Shown here in pieces: positions 32,878-46,114 of a DNA stretch of 46,531 nucleotides. Position numbers and translations under genes: made by a program. The notes under the pieces were generated by a model, which was given only the letters and a program-made list of their open reading frames with translations, ran no database searches and was not told where the DNA came from. Positions within the stretch are counted from its first letter, which is position 1; each line of letters begins with the position of its first letter. Source of the DNA: Macrostomum lignano (Eukaryota); contig NIVC01004424.1 of assembly GCA_002269645.1 (NCBI GenBank), positions 1-46,531 of the forward strand. Reading direction: 5' to 3'.

Positions 32878-34263
32878 TCACGTGAACACTCGAAGCAAAA
32901 ACTCCACCCTGTTGCCTTCAATCAGGGTCTCAATGCGAGGAATGACAACATAATCGCCAGGTCGCAGACTTGCTCTTGAAACAAATTGTCTTTCCAACTC
33001 CGTTCCCGTGAATCGCATCAAAGGTTCGCCTTCGGGCAACTTGCCCGGATAAATTTCAATGATTTTCTTGGCGAATTCCGAGCCATCAGGGTACAGATGG
33101 CGTCGTTCACCCTCTTCCAAACTGATAATGACGTACGCCGACCCATCCGGATTTGCTGACGCACCGGAAACGGTAAAGCTGAAGCGGTCGTCATGATAGA
33201 ACTCATCCGGACCCTGGTTCATCGTCCACGCTCCGTAGACCTTCTTGCCAGTCCACTCTGACCCGGTCACGCCGCAGTCTAAATTTCTGGCCAAATGAAG
33301 AATTTGAACGGACTCAAACATTGGCACGAAATCAGAAAACTCAATTGTAGTTTCACCTTCTGTAGCATTGGCTTGCAACTGGTACCAGTCGGATGACAAG
33401 CGGGTATATTCTTGATCTAGCAAAGCTCTTCTATAATCCAAAATCTTCACAACATCGATTGAACTGCCGTCCCGTGGAACCTGAGCAGTGCCGCTAATAA
33501 TATAATGGCCTCCTGGCGGCAGGTTGGGCAATTTTTTCATGCATTTTTCAGCGTCATCGCTGCTTTCATTGCGTGCACAGAACGCTTCAACGATCAGTTC
33601 CCGTTTTAAAGCTGACTGCAATATTTTCAGTAAATCGTCCACCTTGATTTCTCTTACATAGATCTCTTCGCAAACTCCACCAGTGAGTAGTGGCAATAGC
33701 TCTAACGATGCGCAAGTTGGTACATCTTCGTATGAGCCGAACAGCTTAGCAAAAGCCTTCTCGAGTAGGCACAGCCAGAACTGGCCACGGTGAGTTCCGG
33801 AAAACGCTAGTTCCCCGTTTATAGTAGGGAGCCGATCGTCAATAGTGAGCTCAAATTCTTGGCCAAATTGGCGAAAGATGAAGCGAACAGAACCGTCATA
33901 GTTCTTGCCGTGCAGTGTCTGACCCGGTGGAATAACGCTGTGTAAGAGGTCCTGCCGATTTCCGATTCGGGCTAGACATAGTAATAAGCAATAGTTGGCA
34001 CTTTGACCTCTGACGTTCGCGTTGAATCCCGACCCGACGTTAACGTCTCCGACCTCGAACAGTAGTGCTGTGCCATTTCCGGTCATTTCGTGCGGCCTTA
34101 GCCAGACTAAAGGTTTAGAATGGTATCTTCCTGATGTCGAATGGGCCTGATGCTCATCATCCTGTCCAGCATGTACAGAACTGTAATCGGCTGGAAATTC
34201 CGGATCTTTAAGCGGCTTTTCTCCGGGTTTCAGCTTTTTAAACGCTTTGAAAAGTCTCTTCAT
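32878..34263 (-). CDS. Intronless calpain-like protein, predicted catalytically inactive (461 aa)
   Basis: LKDPEFPA, IDDRLPT, WLCLLEKAFAKLFGSYE and EFLLRVFT are colinear with calpain A. Triad positions read RGQSANYC (C->Y), GGHY (H->G) and LDYR (N->D). Confidence 0.88.
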   Translation of the reverse strand: MKRLFKAFKKLKPGEKPLKDPEFPADYSSVHAGQDDEHQAHSTSGRYHSKPLVWLRPHEMTGNGTALLFEVGDVNVGSGFNANVRGQSANYCLLLCLARIGNRQDLLHSVIPPGQTLHGKNYDGSVRFIFRQFGQEFELTIDDRLPTINGELAFSGTHRGQFWLCLLEKAFAKLFGSYEDVPTCASLELLPLLTGGVCEEIYVREIKVDDLLKILQSALKRELIVEAFCARNESSDDAEKCMKKLPNLPPGGHYIISGTAQVPRDGSSIDVVKILDYRRALLDQEYTRLSSDWYQLQANATEGETTIEFSDFVPMFESVQILHLARNLDCGVTGSEWTGKKVYGAWTMNQGPDEFYHDDRFSFTVSGASANPDGSAYVIISLEEGERRHLYPDGSEFAKKIIEIYPGKLPEGEPLMRFTGTELERQFVSRASLRPGDYVVIPRIETLIEGNRVEFLLRVFT

Positions 34264-35149
34264 TTTTTCAGTAGAGTTGGTTTAGTCAAACATACTGTCG
34301 TATCTACCTCGATAAGACTACGAGATAAGAATGAATAGACAACAAGCTTTTATCAAAATTTAGTCTATGGAAATACGAGTATCACATTTAACTGGCGCTC
34401 GCTAAGGTCCCGGGTTCGATTCTGCAGTTTGCGAACAAAAACGTACCATTATACCAGTCAATCTTCAAACACAAGGTGTGTACCTGCCTGGCAATGAGAT
34501 GAGCAATGAGCTAAAGTACTAAAACAAAATGCTAAGTTTGTCAGTAGCTACAATATTAAGATTCATTTTTCAGTTTACCGAGCATAATCAAACAGCCGCT
34601 TCAAGTCAGTATAATTGACGCCACAAGCTAGATGTAAAATTGTCCTTGGTTGCTGCGAATGATTCTCCAGCAAACTTCACCGTTTCATCCTAGTGGTAAC
34701 AGAAACGTCGGTAGGTTTAAAAAACGCTTGGCAACATGCCATCAGCTTACAACTCAGAAGTCACAGCTCGGGTTCTACAACTGAGGAGTTGAAACAATCA
34801 AGTTTTAAAGGCTGTCAATCGAGTGATGCTGACGCTCCAAAGCGATGAAGAGCGGACAGTGCAAGATGCTGTTGAACCGATGTTAAGGTCGGGCAACGTG
34901 AACTACCGCGGCTGCAGGCAGTGAACGGAAGGTGCCAGCTACTCTGCTCTTCACAACTGGATGAAACTGTTCATCGGCCGCCCAGCCACTCTGAATGACC
35001 TCCAAAGCAGCCCTGCAGAACGCAGTGGCCTTGTCGTTCGTTAACTTTGTCCTACCTCGTTTACCTTGTCCTACATTCTCAACTCTTACCTGTTGTTCGA
35101 CCTAACTTGTTCTTAGTTTAAACATGCAGGGATCTTAGAGCCGTCAGCA

Positions 35150-35270
35150 TGGTACCCTCAGGGCATGGCTGCTTTTCTCGCTACCGCTTCCTTCAGGGCA
35201 GGGTAGAGCGATGCTTCTTTTGTCGCTCAGGCAGTGAAAACGCTGAGCACTTTATCTGCCACTGCCCCCG
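35150..35270 (+). mobile_element. Non-LTR retrotransposon C-terminal zinc-knuckle remnant (R1/I-group-like)
   Basis: SGHGCF...CFFCRSGSENAEHFICHC gives C-x2-C-x8-H-x4-C preceded by GHG. Confidence 0.5.
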
Positions 35271-36579
35271 GTCTTCACCAGGGCCAGGCTCACTCAACTC
35301 GGGCCAAACCTGGTTTTCCCTGACGTTTGCGGGTTCGAGAGCATACCGCTGCTCGCCCGGTACCTCAGGGACACGGGACGAGCTGAGTTCTTCTCCACCG
35401 CCGGTGAGGAGGACCGCGCGGCAGGTGAAATCGACGGGTCCCCCTGAGAGACATCACTTTGATGGAAAACATTGGTCGCCAGTGGCCAGCGAAATGGGCG
35501 GCGCGCCTCCTCCGCCTAGCGTTGCCCCCTGCAGCTGAGTCAACTCTATTGACGAGTAGATCGACCCATTGACAATAGAATAGAATTGTACACAATCACC
35601 CGGGAGAACAGCTAAACTGACAATTTATCCCAGAATAGCGTCAAAAGAGAAAACGCAGAATGCGGTCTGTTTTCCGAAATTTGCGCATCATACAGCGCAT
35701 ACAGCGTCCCCGTTTTATCTGTTGCTTTAGCTATTAAAAGCATCGCAGTTTGTAATGCAACAACTGTGTAAAAATACCTACCTTGTACCTAGTTGCATTG
35801 GTATAAAATGAATAATGAAAAGTTAATGAATAATAATAGCCTAATCGATTCGTTTTGGCCGAAAAATAAGCTTCTTTAAGCTTCGTTGCTTCTCTCTGAC
35901 CGCTCGCCCTGTGACTGTATTGTTTTGCTAACTTTCTAACGACGGCAAACCCAAAACAGAAATTATATGCGCAAATCTAAAAAGCAGGCATTCCGTCACG
36001 CTAGACGCCTCGGGTAGCTGCAACACCCACTGAGTTTGTTTATTTCTTCTCAGCAAATTTTGTGGTTTTTGCGAGTCAAAAACGAACAAAAAAGTTTTAA
36101 AGACATTTAATTTAAGCTACTCGACAAGCACTTTGATTTGCGATACTCGCCAAGTTGGAGGTTCCTTGCGATCTTTTCAGCAGCCAAGTTTACAGAAAGT
36201 TTAAACCGCATGCATAAGGAGAGTAATCTTTGCTGCAAGTGAAAGCGACGTGAACTTTTAGCCATTTGTGCTGTTGCGTGCAAGGTGAAGGTGTTAAATT
36301 ACAACCTTAAACAGGTATGCGTTGTACGAGACTGCAAAAATTTCGAGTGTATTTTGTATTCAGGATTCAAATTGTCGTGGGAGCGAATGCAGGTTTAAAT
36401 TTGCAATGATTTTGCAAGAACAGAAAGGATGAGAGCGCAAAGTTATTTCCAAACTGGTTCGGTCTTAGCTTAGAGCTACATGTAGGTCGCAACTCTGTCT
36501 AACAAAAATGAAATATTCTGTCTGAAATACCAGTACTATCTAACAGGTGTCTACCATTCTGCCTAGCCGGTGTGTGAGG

Positions 36580-38228
36580 GATTATCTTGTCTAACAGATG
36601 TGTGACACTATCCTGTCTAACAGATGTGTGACACTATCCTGTCTAACAGGTGTGTGACACTATCCTGTCTAACAGATGTGTGACACTGTCCTGTCTAACA
36701 GGTGTGTGACACTGTCCTGTCTAACAGGTGTGTGACACTGTCCTGTCTAACAGGTGTGTGACACTATCCTGTCTAACAGGTGTGTGACACTATCCTGTCT
36801 AACAGGTGTGTGACACTATCCTGTCTAACAGGTGTGTGACACTATCCTGTCTAACAGGTGTGTGACACTATCCTGTCTAACAGGTGTGTGACACTATCCT
36901 GTCTAACAGGTGTGTGACACTGTCCTGTCTAACAGGTGTGTGACACTATCCTGTCTAACAGGTGTGTGACACTATCCTGTCTAACAGGTGTGTGACACTA
37001 TCCTGTCTAACAGGTGTGTGACACTGTCCTGTCTAACAGGTGTGTGACACTATCCTGTCTAACAGGTGTGTGACACTATCCTGTCTAACAGGTGTGTGAC
37101 ACTATCCTGTCTAACAGGTGTGTGACACTATCCTGTCTAACAGGTGTGTGACACTATCCTGTCTAACAGGTGTGTGACACTATCCTGTCTAACAGGTGTG
37201 TGACACTATCCTGTCTAACAGGTGTGTGACACTATCCTGTCTAACAGGTGTGTGACACTGTCCTGTCTAACAGGTGTGTGACACTATCCTGTCTAACAGG
37301 TGTGTGACACTATCCTGTCTAACAGGTGTGTGACACTATCCTGTCTAACAGGTGTGTGACACTATCCTGTCTAACAGGTGTGTGACACTATCCTGTCTAA
37401 CAGGTGTGTGACACTGTCCTGTCTAACAGGTGTGTGACACTATCCTGTCTAACAGGTGTGTGACACTGTCCTGTCTAACAGGTGTGTGACACTATCCTGT
37501 CTAACAGGTGTGTGACACTATCCTGTCTAACAGGTGTGTGACACTGTCCTGTCTAACAGATGTGTGACACTATCCTGTCTAACAGGTGTGTGACACTATC
37601 CTGTCTAACAGGTGTGTGACACTGTCCTGTCTAACAGGTGTGTGACACTATCCTGTCTAACAGGTGTGTGACACTATCCTGTCTAACAGGTGTGTGACAC
37701 TATCCTGTCTAACAGGTGTGTGACACTATCCTGTCTAACAGGTGTGTGACACTATCCTGTCTAACAGGTGTGTGACACTATCCTGTCTAACAGGTGTGTG
37801 ACACTATCCTGTCTAACAGGTGTGTGACACTGTCCTGTCTAACAGGTGTGTGACACTATCCTGTCTAACAGGTGTGTGACACTATCCTGTCTAACAGATG
37901 TGTGACACTATCCTGTCTAACAGGTGTGTGACACTATCCTGTCTAACAGGTGTGTGACACTATCCTGTCTAACAGGTGTGTGACACTATCCTGTCTAACA
38001 GGTGTGTGACACTATCCTGTCTAACAGGTGTGTGACACTATCCTGTCTAACAGGTGTGTGACACTATCCTGTCTAACAGGTGTGTGACACTGTCCTGTCT
38101 AACAAGTGTGTGACACTATCCTGTCTAACAGGTGTGTGACACTATCCTGTCTAACAAGTGTGTGACACTATCCTGTCTAACAGGTGTGTGACACTGTCCT
38201 GTCTAACAAGTGTGTGACACTATCCTGT
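36580..38228. repeat. 26-bp satellite ctaacaggtgtgtgacactatcctgt, about 63 highly homogeneous copies
   Basis: Direct tandem repetition. Variants are cacta/cactg and cagg/caga/caag. Confidence 0.97.
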
Positions 38229-38994
38229 GAAACAGTCGTGTGTGTGTTGCACTCTATCATGTGTATCACTTATGCACTGTAAAAAAGGTGCGAAAGTTAG
38301 ACACAGTACAAAACACTTAGAAACTGTGAAAATATTCAGAATAAAATTATACGTTAAGTCACTAATTTTTTTGAACTCATTCAGAATTCCCAAACACAGC
38401 CGAGATCTCGGTTCTGAAAAGAGCTGCTCGAATAATGAATGACTCATGCCGGTAAACGCAAGCTTATATGCATACATGTCTACACATGTAAACATGCAGT
38501 CAGAATTGCCGAAAATTCGGGTTTATAAAGACGCGAATTAATGCCAAGCCATGGAAACTTGATCCGTTTCATTCGCAATATTATATATGTGCAGCATTGG
38601 CGGAGTGCTGTGACAGGCTCTGCATGCATGCGGTGTAACTCCGCGGGTGCCAAAAGAAAGTGGTTTTCTCTGACAGTGTTCCCCCGCATGCCTGCTGTTG
38701 CTACCAGCTTCTGGAGTCATACAATCCAATTATATTATTAGCTTTTTCACCTGTGGTCGAATCGGAGAAGCTCTTGACTAAGCAATTAGGTTAAAAAAGC
38801 AAGCCGGTCGCCCAGGAGTCGAACAGGCTCAGGCCAACACTATAAAGAATGAAATGTTGCCATTTTAGCCCTAGAAATTGCGTAGAATCCTAATTAATAA
38901 AAAACGCCTACGGCCGCTCTCTTTCTGCCACGAGCAACTTCTCGAAAGTTAGGAAAACTCTGCAGACAAAAAAGCCCAGCGCCTGGACAAAGTT

Positions 38995-39837
38995 ATGGAC
39001 ACCACGCCGATCTATGCGGCGTCCGATGTGGAACGACTGAAACTGCAGGACGCATATGGCTACGCCACCTACAGGGGTAGGCGGAGTCACGGCAGAGTTC
39101 AAGCCACCGCTATCAACTTCCTGCCACCGTCGATGGAGAATCAGGAGTCATTGAAACAGTTCCTAATGTCGCCTCAGTCGGCGGCTTGTCGGCGAAGGCT
39201 GTCACGAGACCAGTTCGGACGTAGTTCGGTTCGAGTGTCGTCTAGGAGGCACGGCTCAGGTATTGAAGCCTTTGTAGCTTCTCTTGCGGAAGCTGAGGCA
39301 CCCAAGGATGAGTCATCACTGGCGACAGAGACCGGCGATCAAGAGGTGGCGATAAATCATCAGCAGCCGCATCAAGTGCTGGTTGAAGCTCAGATGAATG
39401 GTGCGCTTCTTTTTATTCATTGGTTAAGTTTTTGAGTGACAAGACACGTGAGTGAGTGAATGGCACCCTCGACCTGAAGTAACCCCCCCGCTCATAAATC
39501 AGAATCTGAAGCGTGACCTCAGCAAGGAGTTAGAGTCATTATCGACCCTGAAGTGATCTCATTTGAAGCTGTAGGGACCCCTTAAGTCTCTAGCGACTTA
39601 AAAATAAAGATACAGTAACCCCTGAAGCTGAATTGGTTTTTTTCTGCTGAATATTCCATTGCCAGGACCAACCACTGCTCACCAAGAGCTGCCAGATCTT
39701 ACAGAGGAAGCCGACACAGAGGATGACATTCTACCAGCCGTCATTGCAGCCGGGATGTCTAATAAAAATTCAGCAGAAGTTCACACAACAAAACCACCGT
39801 CTCCGTCACCACCACTGCCTCGGCAACTGCCACAGCC

Positions 39838-39906
<69 letters not shown>

Positions 39907-40542
39907 GCCCATCTCTCCACCACCAAAGCCACTACCGAAGCCAGTCATTGCCGCGGGCAGTCGAGGCGCCGTGATGTCTCCAACGACTCGACACTCGTAT
40001 CACGAGGCGATGGAAGCAATCGCGTTTATCGACGATCTTGGCTGCTCGTCTTCCAGTGGTTCGGCGAGGTCATCGACGTCAACTCTGCGCAGAGCGGACG
40101 GCAGCGCCCAGCTGCCTCTTCCGCCGCCGCCGAAAAATTTTGAAGATGATTATCAGGTGAGCACTGTCTGAAAATGATGAGATTCTATCCTGAGAAATAC
40201 TGCCGTTTTGTATTATTTTACAATATAATATATGATTACATAATCGAAATAACACACTGAAGCGATCAAGAAAAACTGTCTGCCTTAAAATCAAAAAGTT
40301 ATTATCTTTTTGAAATACATGCATATCAGATAATGTGATAGCCAGGTTTGCTCAGTGTGGTCACACTCAGTGAGTGAAGGTTTTCATTAGCAGCGCCCAT
40401 CTAACAGTCATTTCTAATCATTTCACAGTCGAAACTATCGAACCAGAAGAGCGAAACGCTGCCTGTGTTTCCAATGTCCACTGAACAAACCGAGGTGCAC
40501 CCACCGCGTCAGTTGTCGTTCGTTAAACTGCCTTCGCAAGAT

Positions 40543-40579
<37 letters not shown>

Positions 40580-43573
40580 CGCAGTCTTCAAAGTCTCCCA
40601 TCACCTATCTTCCAAAGCCAATCTATCGATCGGAGAAGTTTCTCGACTTGTCGGCGCCGCATCCGTTGTCGACTCAGCCGTATCAGCTGCCGCCTCCGAA
40701 GCCGCTCCCATCATCTGGGAGTCCGTGCGTCAGTCGCAAAGCCAAATCTGTGCTGGTGCAGAGAGCCACAGCAACAACAGCGGCAACAGCAACGGCCCCT
40801 GATTCAGCTGCTCTCAGCAGCTCGGCAGCTTCTGGATTGTCTGGATTTCCGGCCTCAGCAAAATCAATCGATTATCGATCCGAAGGAGAGGATGACGACA
40901 CGAGAAACGGATGTAGACAGGTTTGAAAACGGTGCTATACATGGTCACTACAAGTGTATATCACAATACACTGTACACAGCTATCCTGTACACTGTTCAG
41001 TTTTATGATGTCAACATTGCAGTCGGGAGCTCTCATCTCTGTCGGAATTGACACCTGTGGCGGAGTTGGCGGCGAAGGCGAGCGTCCAGCAACATTTTCG
41101 GCCTCCTCGCTGACCACCTACGCTTATAAGAAGGCTCTAACGCCTTACCTATTCGAGCCGTTGCTACCCGAGGGTAATCGAATATTGGGAATAGTCGTGG
41201 CCATAGACATTGGCTCCACGTGCAGCGGTTACGCTTACAGTCTGCACCCGGATCCGGAGAGCGTGCGCACGATGCACTTGATTGAGAAAGGCTACACAGG
41301 AGTCAAGTCGCACAAGATTCCTTCCGCTCTGCTGCTGGATTCTAGGCATAATTTTCATTCGTTCGGCTATCGAGCCAGAGAGTTTTATTATCAGTTGGCT
41401 CGACGGGAGACGCGTGACTGGCTGTTCTTCGAGGGATTCAAGCCCAGGGTGGGCCCGAATTCGGTGAGTACAACATGGCATTGATGCATTTAGGAGACGT
41501 GATCTTGACGTAAGAGCGTCTTGACGCAAACAACCAACCAAGCCTTAAAAAAATCGAAATCGCACAGAAACTCAGTCACTCGTGCATGGTCACGGCTGCT
41601 AACGGGGTCAGCATCCCCCTGCTGGAGGTCATGCGGCACTGCTTCGCATTCTTTCGCGAGCGCGCCCTATCGGAACTGCGCGTCCTGCTACCGGCGGGAT
41701 TTCAACTGCGATCGCGCGACATTCACTGGGTGCTGCCGGTGCCGTCGCACTGGCCGGTTGGCGGGCTGGACTTGGTGAGGCGAGCAGCGTTAGAGACCGG
41801 CTTTGCCGAGCAGAAAACTCGACTCATCAGCGAGGCCGAAGCGGCGGCAGCGTTTTGCTCAGCCGAGCTGCTTATTGGAAGCGGTGGTGGCGTTGGCGGC
41901 GGCAACGGCCTGTGGTGGAGCTGCCAGCCCCAGGTGGTCGAGTGGGTGCGCAAGAATCGCCAGGAAGCCAGATCGCTAACGAGTGCAACTTCAAACTCAA
42001 ATGACAATGAAGCGAACAGGGAAAATGGAGACGAAGGTACGAAATTTTACCGCAGCAATGCGAAAATTTACCGTACGCCAAGTTGCTTCATTTCTAAGAA
42101 AATCGAATTTCACGTCTTTCAACTTCAGTTGTACATGATTGGATAGTAACTTTTTAATTCATGACAGGATTCGAAGGCGTCCTCGAGCTCATAGTTGACT
42201 GCGGTGGAGCAACGACGAACCTGGCGGTGCAGCGGTGGGACCGAAAGGGCGAATACAAGTTCATTGCCCAGCGGGGCATGTCCAGCGGAAGTACTGGTGA
42301 GGTTTTTGAGTCTCTCGCATGAAAATGATTTTGAAACCTCTTCAAAACCTTTGGACTTGAAACCACCTTAGATCCTCAGTTTCTGGGTCAAAGTCACTAT
42401 TCTAAAGATTCTTGAGCGTTTTACAGTGTTTAAGCTTCATTTTCCTGGGCAGTATTGCATATCTAGCTGCTCTAAAACCTAAAATCCGAAAACCTCACAG
42501 AAGTTGACGACGCGTTCGTGAACCTTCTCAACGACATCTTCGACAGCGAGTTCGTGTTCGCATTCCGATCGCAGTGCCCCCTCGGCTACCTGGAGCTGCT
42601 CAATGCGTTTGAATCGCGCAAGCAGATCTGCTCACTGTCCAGGGATTCAGCCGCTTTTCTCAACATACCGCTGCCGTTCTCAATGATCAGCTTTCACAAG
42701 GAATTCAAAGTGAGTAGGTTGTTTAACAATTGACTTATTAAGTAATCTTGGGATTACTTGTCATTGCCCATATCAGAGAGGACACCTCTTTAAAGTTGAC
42801 GCCCCGGACTTTGGCTTGGGAAAAATGGAGACTGTAAGAAAACTAACCTGCTCATAAGAGGCCGTACCTAGTGGCCCAGCACGGCGCTCTTATCTGCCAG
42901 CGGTCCAGACTCGATTCCAAGTGCAGTCACATTAATTTGGGGCTAAATTGGAATCTCGGCTTGGCTCTGCTCGTGCAATTAACGGCCTTGAGGGCCAAAC
43001 CCGAAGGCACAGTGAAGTGTGCATGCTTAACGATAAGTAATTTCGCTGTACACTCCTGTGTGTGTGTGCCTGTGCGTATGACTGCGTACGTATCCACACA
43101 TTTGTGAGCCTGCTCAGGGGAGTCGGCGGAATGGGCAGTAATGCCTCTGGCCGTTTGTGAGACAATATCGCTTAAAGTGCATCACAGTGCACTCAGCCCC
43201 TGCCTCTAATAATAATTATTAATAATTAAGCTGCTCATCCTCCTGCCCCAACCCCGCCAACAGTCTTACGGAGTCGATCAGGCGATACGCGACTTCGCGG
43301 ATCCGGAGATCCTGTGGACCAGCCAGGGCATGCTGAAGATCAGCCGAGAACGAATGGCGCAGCTTTTCTGCCCCACCGTCAACCGGATTCTCCGACAGAT
43401 TGGTGAGCTGCTGGAGGCTCATCGCGGCATCCAAGTGCTGCTACTGGTTGGCGGCTTTTCAAAGTCCGAGATCCTTCGCCACGAACTGGTGCTGGCGTTT
43501 GAGAACAAGCTGCGGATACTCATACCGCATAATCCTGATACCGCCAGTCTCAAGGGTGAGTAGCGGTAGCTAA

Positions 43574-43659
<86 letters not shown>

Positions 43660-43660
43660 A

Positions 43661-43747
<87 letters not shown>

Positions 43748-43756
43748 GTGTCTGTG

Positions 43757-43839
<83 letters not shown>

Positions 43840-43864
43840 GTGTCTGTCTGTCTGTCTGTCTGTC

Positions 43865-43927
<63 letters not shown>

Positions 43928-44698
43928 TCTTTTCTATCTAGTCTTTGTCCTAGCGTATTAGCTTTAACTTATTTTTTCAAAGTCAGTTTCTTGGTTAGTG
44001 AAACTATCACAACTGGAGGTCATTAGTGCCAGTGTCAGCCTGTGTTAGTCATTCCTGCCTCTCTATCTGTCCTATTTTTAATCATTGTCCGTGTTTTACC
44101 TCCGCCAATCAAATCCGCAACGCCAGGCGCCGTAATCCGCGGCTGGCACCCACTCAACGTGCTCAGCCACAAGACCAAATACACCTACGGTCTGTCCATT
44201 CTGCGCCGCCACGATCCCGAGATTCACCCGATGGAGAAGCGGATCACCAGGAACGGTCGCGACTGGTGCCTCGACGTGTTCGACCCGCTAGTCCTGGCCA
44301 ATCAGGAGCTGGGCGAGGAGACTCGCATCACACGGCAGTTCACCGCCAGCGGCGGTCAGCAGCAGGACCACCTGACCGTCACCGTGTTCCGAACGACCTC
44401 GGAGGACGTAGCCGCCCGGTTCACCACCGACCCCGGTGTGGTGGCCTGCGGCACCGTGCAATTCAACTTGGCGTCGGCGGCTAATGCTGAGGAGTCGAAT
44501 CGAGGCCAATCGACAGTCAGGAAGGCCAACAACGACGGAGCCGGCAATGTCGCGCACCGGAGGATGATCGAGGCGACATTCGTGTTTAGCAGCGACGGGC
44601 TGCGCGTGGTGGCGCAGGATGCCGCTACTCAGAAGGCAATCAGCGCCGACTGCAACGTCGATGTGGAAATTGACATCGAGGAGTCACCGCTAATCTGA
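38995..44698 (+). CDS. HSPA12: HSPA12-type atypical Hsp70, 9 exons, ~1166 aa: 38995-39400, 39666-40156, 40429-40920, 41023-41463, 41568-42036, 42168-42296, 42501-42709, 43264-43555, 44127-44698
   Basis: All junctions are GT-AG and phase-compatible (sum 3501 nt). Motifs [76 protein letters not shown] and TYGLSIL match HSPA12A/B. The first three exons are less certain than the Hsp70 part. Confidence 0.85.
39842..39904 (+). repeat. (CAG)21 encoding polyQ
   Basis: Pure CAG run in frame in exon 2. Confidence 0.95.
40543..40578 (+). repeat. (CAG)12 encoding polyQ
   Basis: Pure CAG run in frame in exon 3. Confidence 0.95.
43575..43927. repeat. (TGTC)n microsatellite in intron 8 of the HSPA12-like gene
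   Basis: About 350 bp of near-perfect tetranucleotide repeat. Confidence 0.97.
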
Positions 44699-46114
44699 GC
44701 TCTGTAGACGGGTTCGAGTTTTACAAGCTTGAAACATGAGCTCCAACATGAAAGGGGTGTGCAACAGTGGGTCTGGGATAGGATGTTTCAAGGGCGTTTC
44801 CAGTCAGCAGTTGCAGTCGTTTTGATCCCAAGCTTAAATTAAAATCCCCTATCGGGCTTGCGAAAGTGGCATGATATTTGTTTTAGTTATTAAATACGGG
44901 TTGCTAAATTTCAAACTCGTGAAACAAACACTGGACTTGAGCTGGCATTCGTAGAAAAAAGATTGTTCATGTTGATTTCATGGACTGTACTGGCAGGTAC
45001 ATGTGCTAGTAGGTGACTTTCAGGGTCAACAGCTAGTGCGCCTTGAAATGGATTGACAAAATCTGGAGATTTTTAGTCCTGTAAAACTTAATTGCAGCCC
45101 TATAGAAGCTGGAAAAGATCATAACACTCAGACGAGAATATTGTTTGTCTGTCGTAATATTTTAGTAACATTTCTTATTTTATTTGCTATAGCTACTCAA
45201 GTTCAATTTGAACTGAAGTCTCTTGTACATGTATGTTTCTTTGAGTAGAAAATAGAGCTATAGAATATAATTTCTTTGAATGAAGGACTTCAGTGAAGAT
45301 CAGTAACAGTAAGAGTTCATTGAGGCCTTTATCATCATGTTTTACCAATTGATATTGTTCCTATGAGACTGCAGCTGCTGGTAATTCATCCGGTTTAAGT
45401 CCGCCTCGCTAAATACCCACATTATCTGGTTATTTCTGCAGTAACCACACAAAACACAAGAACTCATCCTTACTTATTTAAACAAAATACGGCATCGAGT
45501 TACAACAAATAATTTAAACAGTAAACTAATTTCAAGCAGTCAAGCGTAGTACAGTACACAAATACATGTATTATCCCATTTGTTTATAAGCTTGTAATGA
45601 TCACAGTGTACTCGTAATGTTATACTTGCATAAATACTACTATACTAACATTTTAACTAGCTATAGCATGTATGGTTGGACCAAGAGCTGCTTCAAGCAA
45701 TATTTATGTCTAAAAATTCGAAACTATGATTTTTATTAAATTCTGCTTTCGCATGGATCAAAAATAGATTTGTTTAAAAGAACCAAAAAAATATTCTCTT
45801 TTCAAGTGCTGATTTGGATACCATTTTGTTGCTAGCTACCACTACTTGTAGTAGTTCGTCTCAGTTAAACACGAGTTTTGTTTTAATAAAGTATAACTAA
45901 ACAAATTTAAATAGCTACTGTTTCACACCATCGTTCAAAAAGCTTCAATCTAGTGCCTTCTGAGTTTTAAATGTGACATTATAAGCCGAAATGAGCTTAG
46001 GAAGTTAATAATGATGTGTTCTTTAAAAATATTATATAGGTAAAATCAAACAACCCGTTCTCGTACACACATCGCGGAATTCCTGCTACAAACTGCTTTA
46101 ATTATATATTATAC

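Noticed and set aside
34740-35045. Coding-like stretch upstream of the zinc-knuckle remnant
   Set aside because: Interrupted by stops and has no identifiable RT or other motif.
8205-38228. Tandem arrays as CRISPR-like loci
   Set aside because: The units are head-to-tail without unique spacers, there are no cas genes, and the context is eukaryotic.
43598-44026. SVCL-repeat ORFs
   Set aside because: They are a translation of the intronic (TGTC)n microsatellite.
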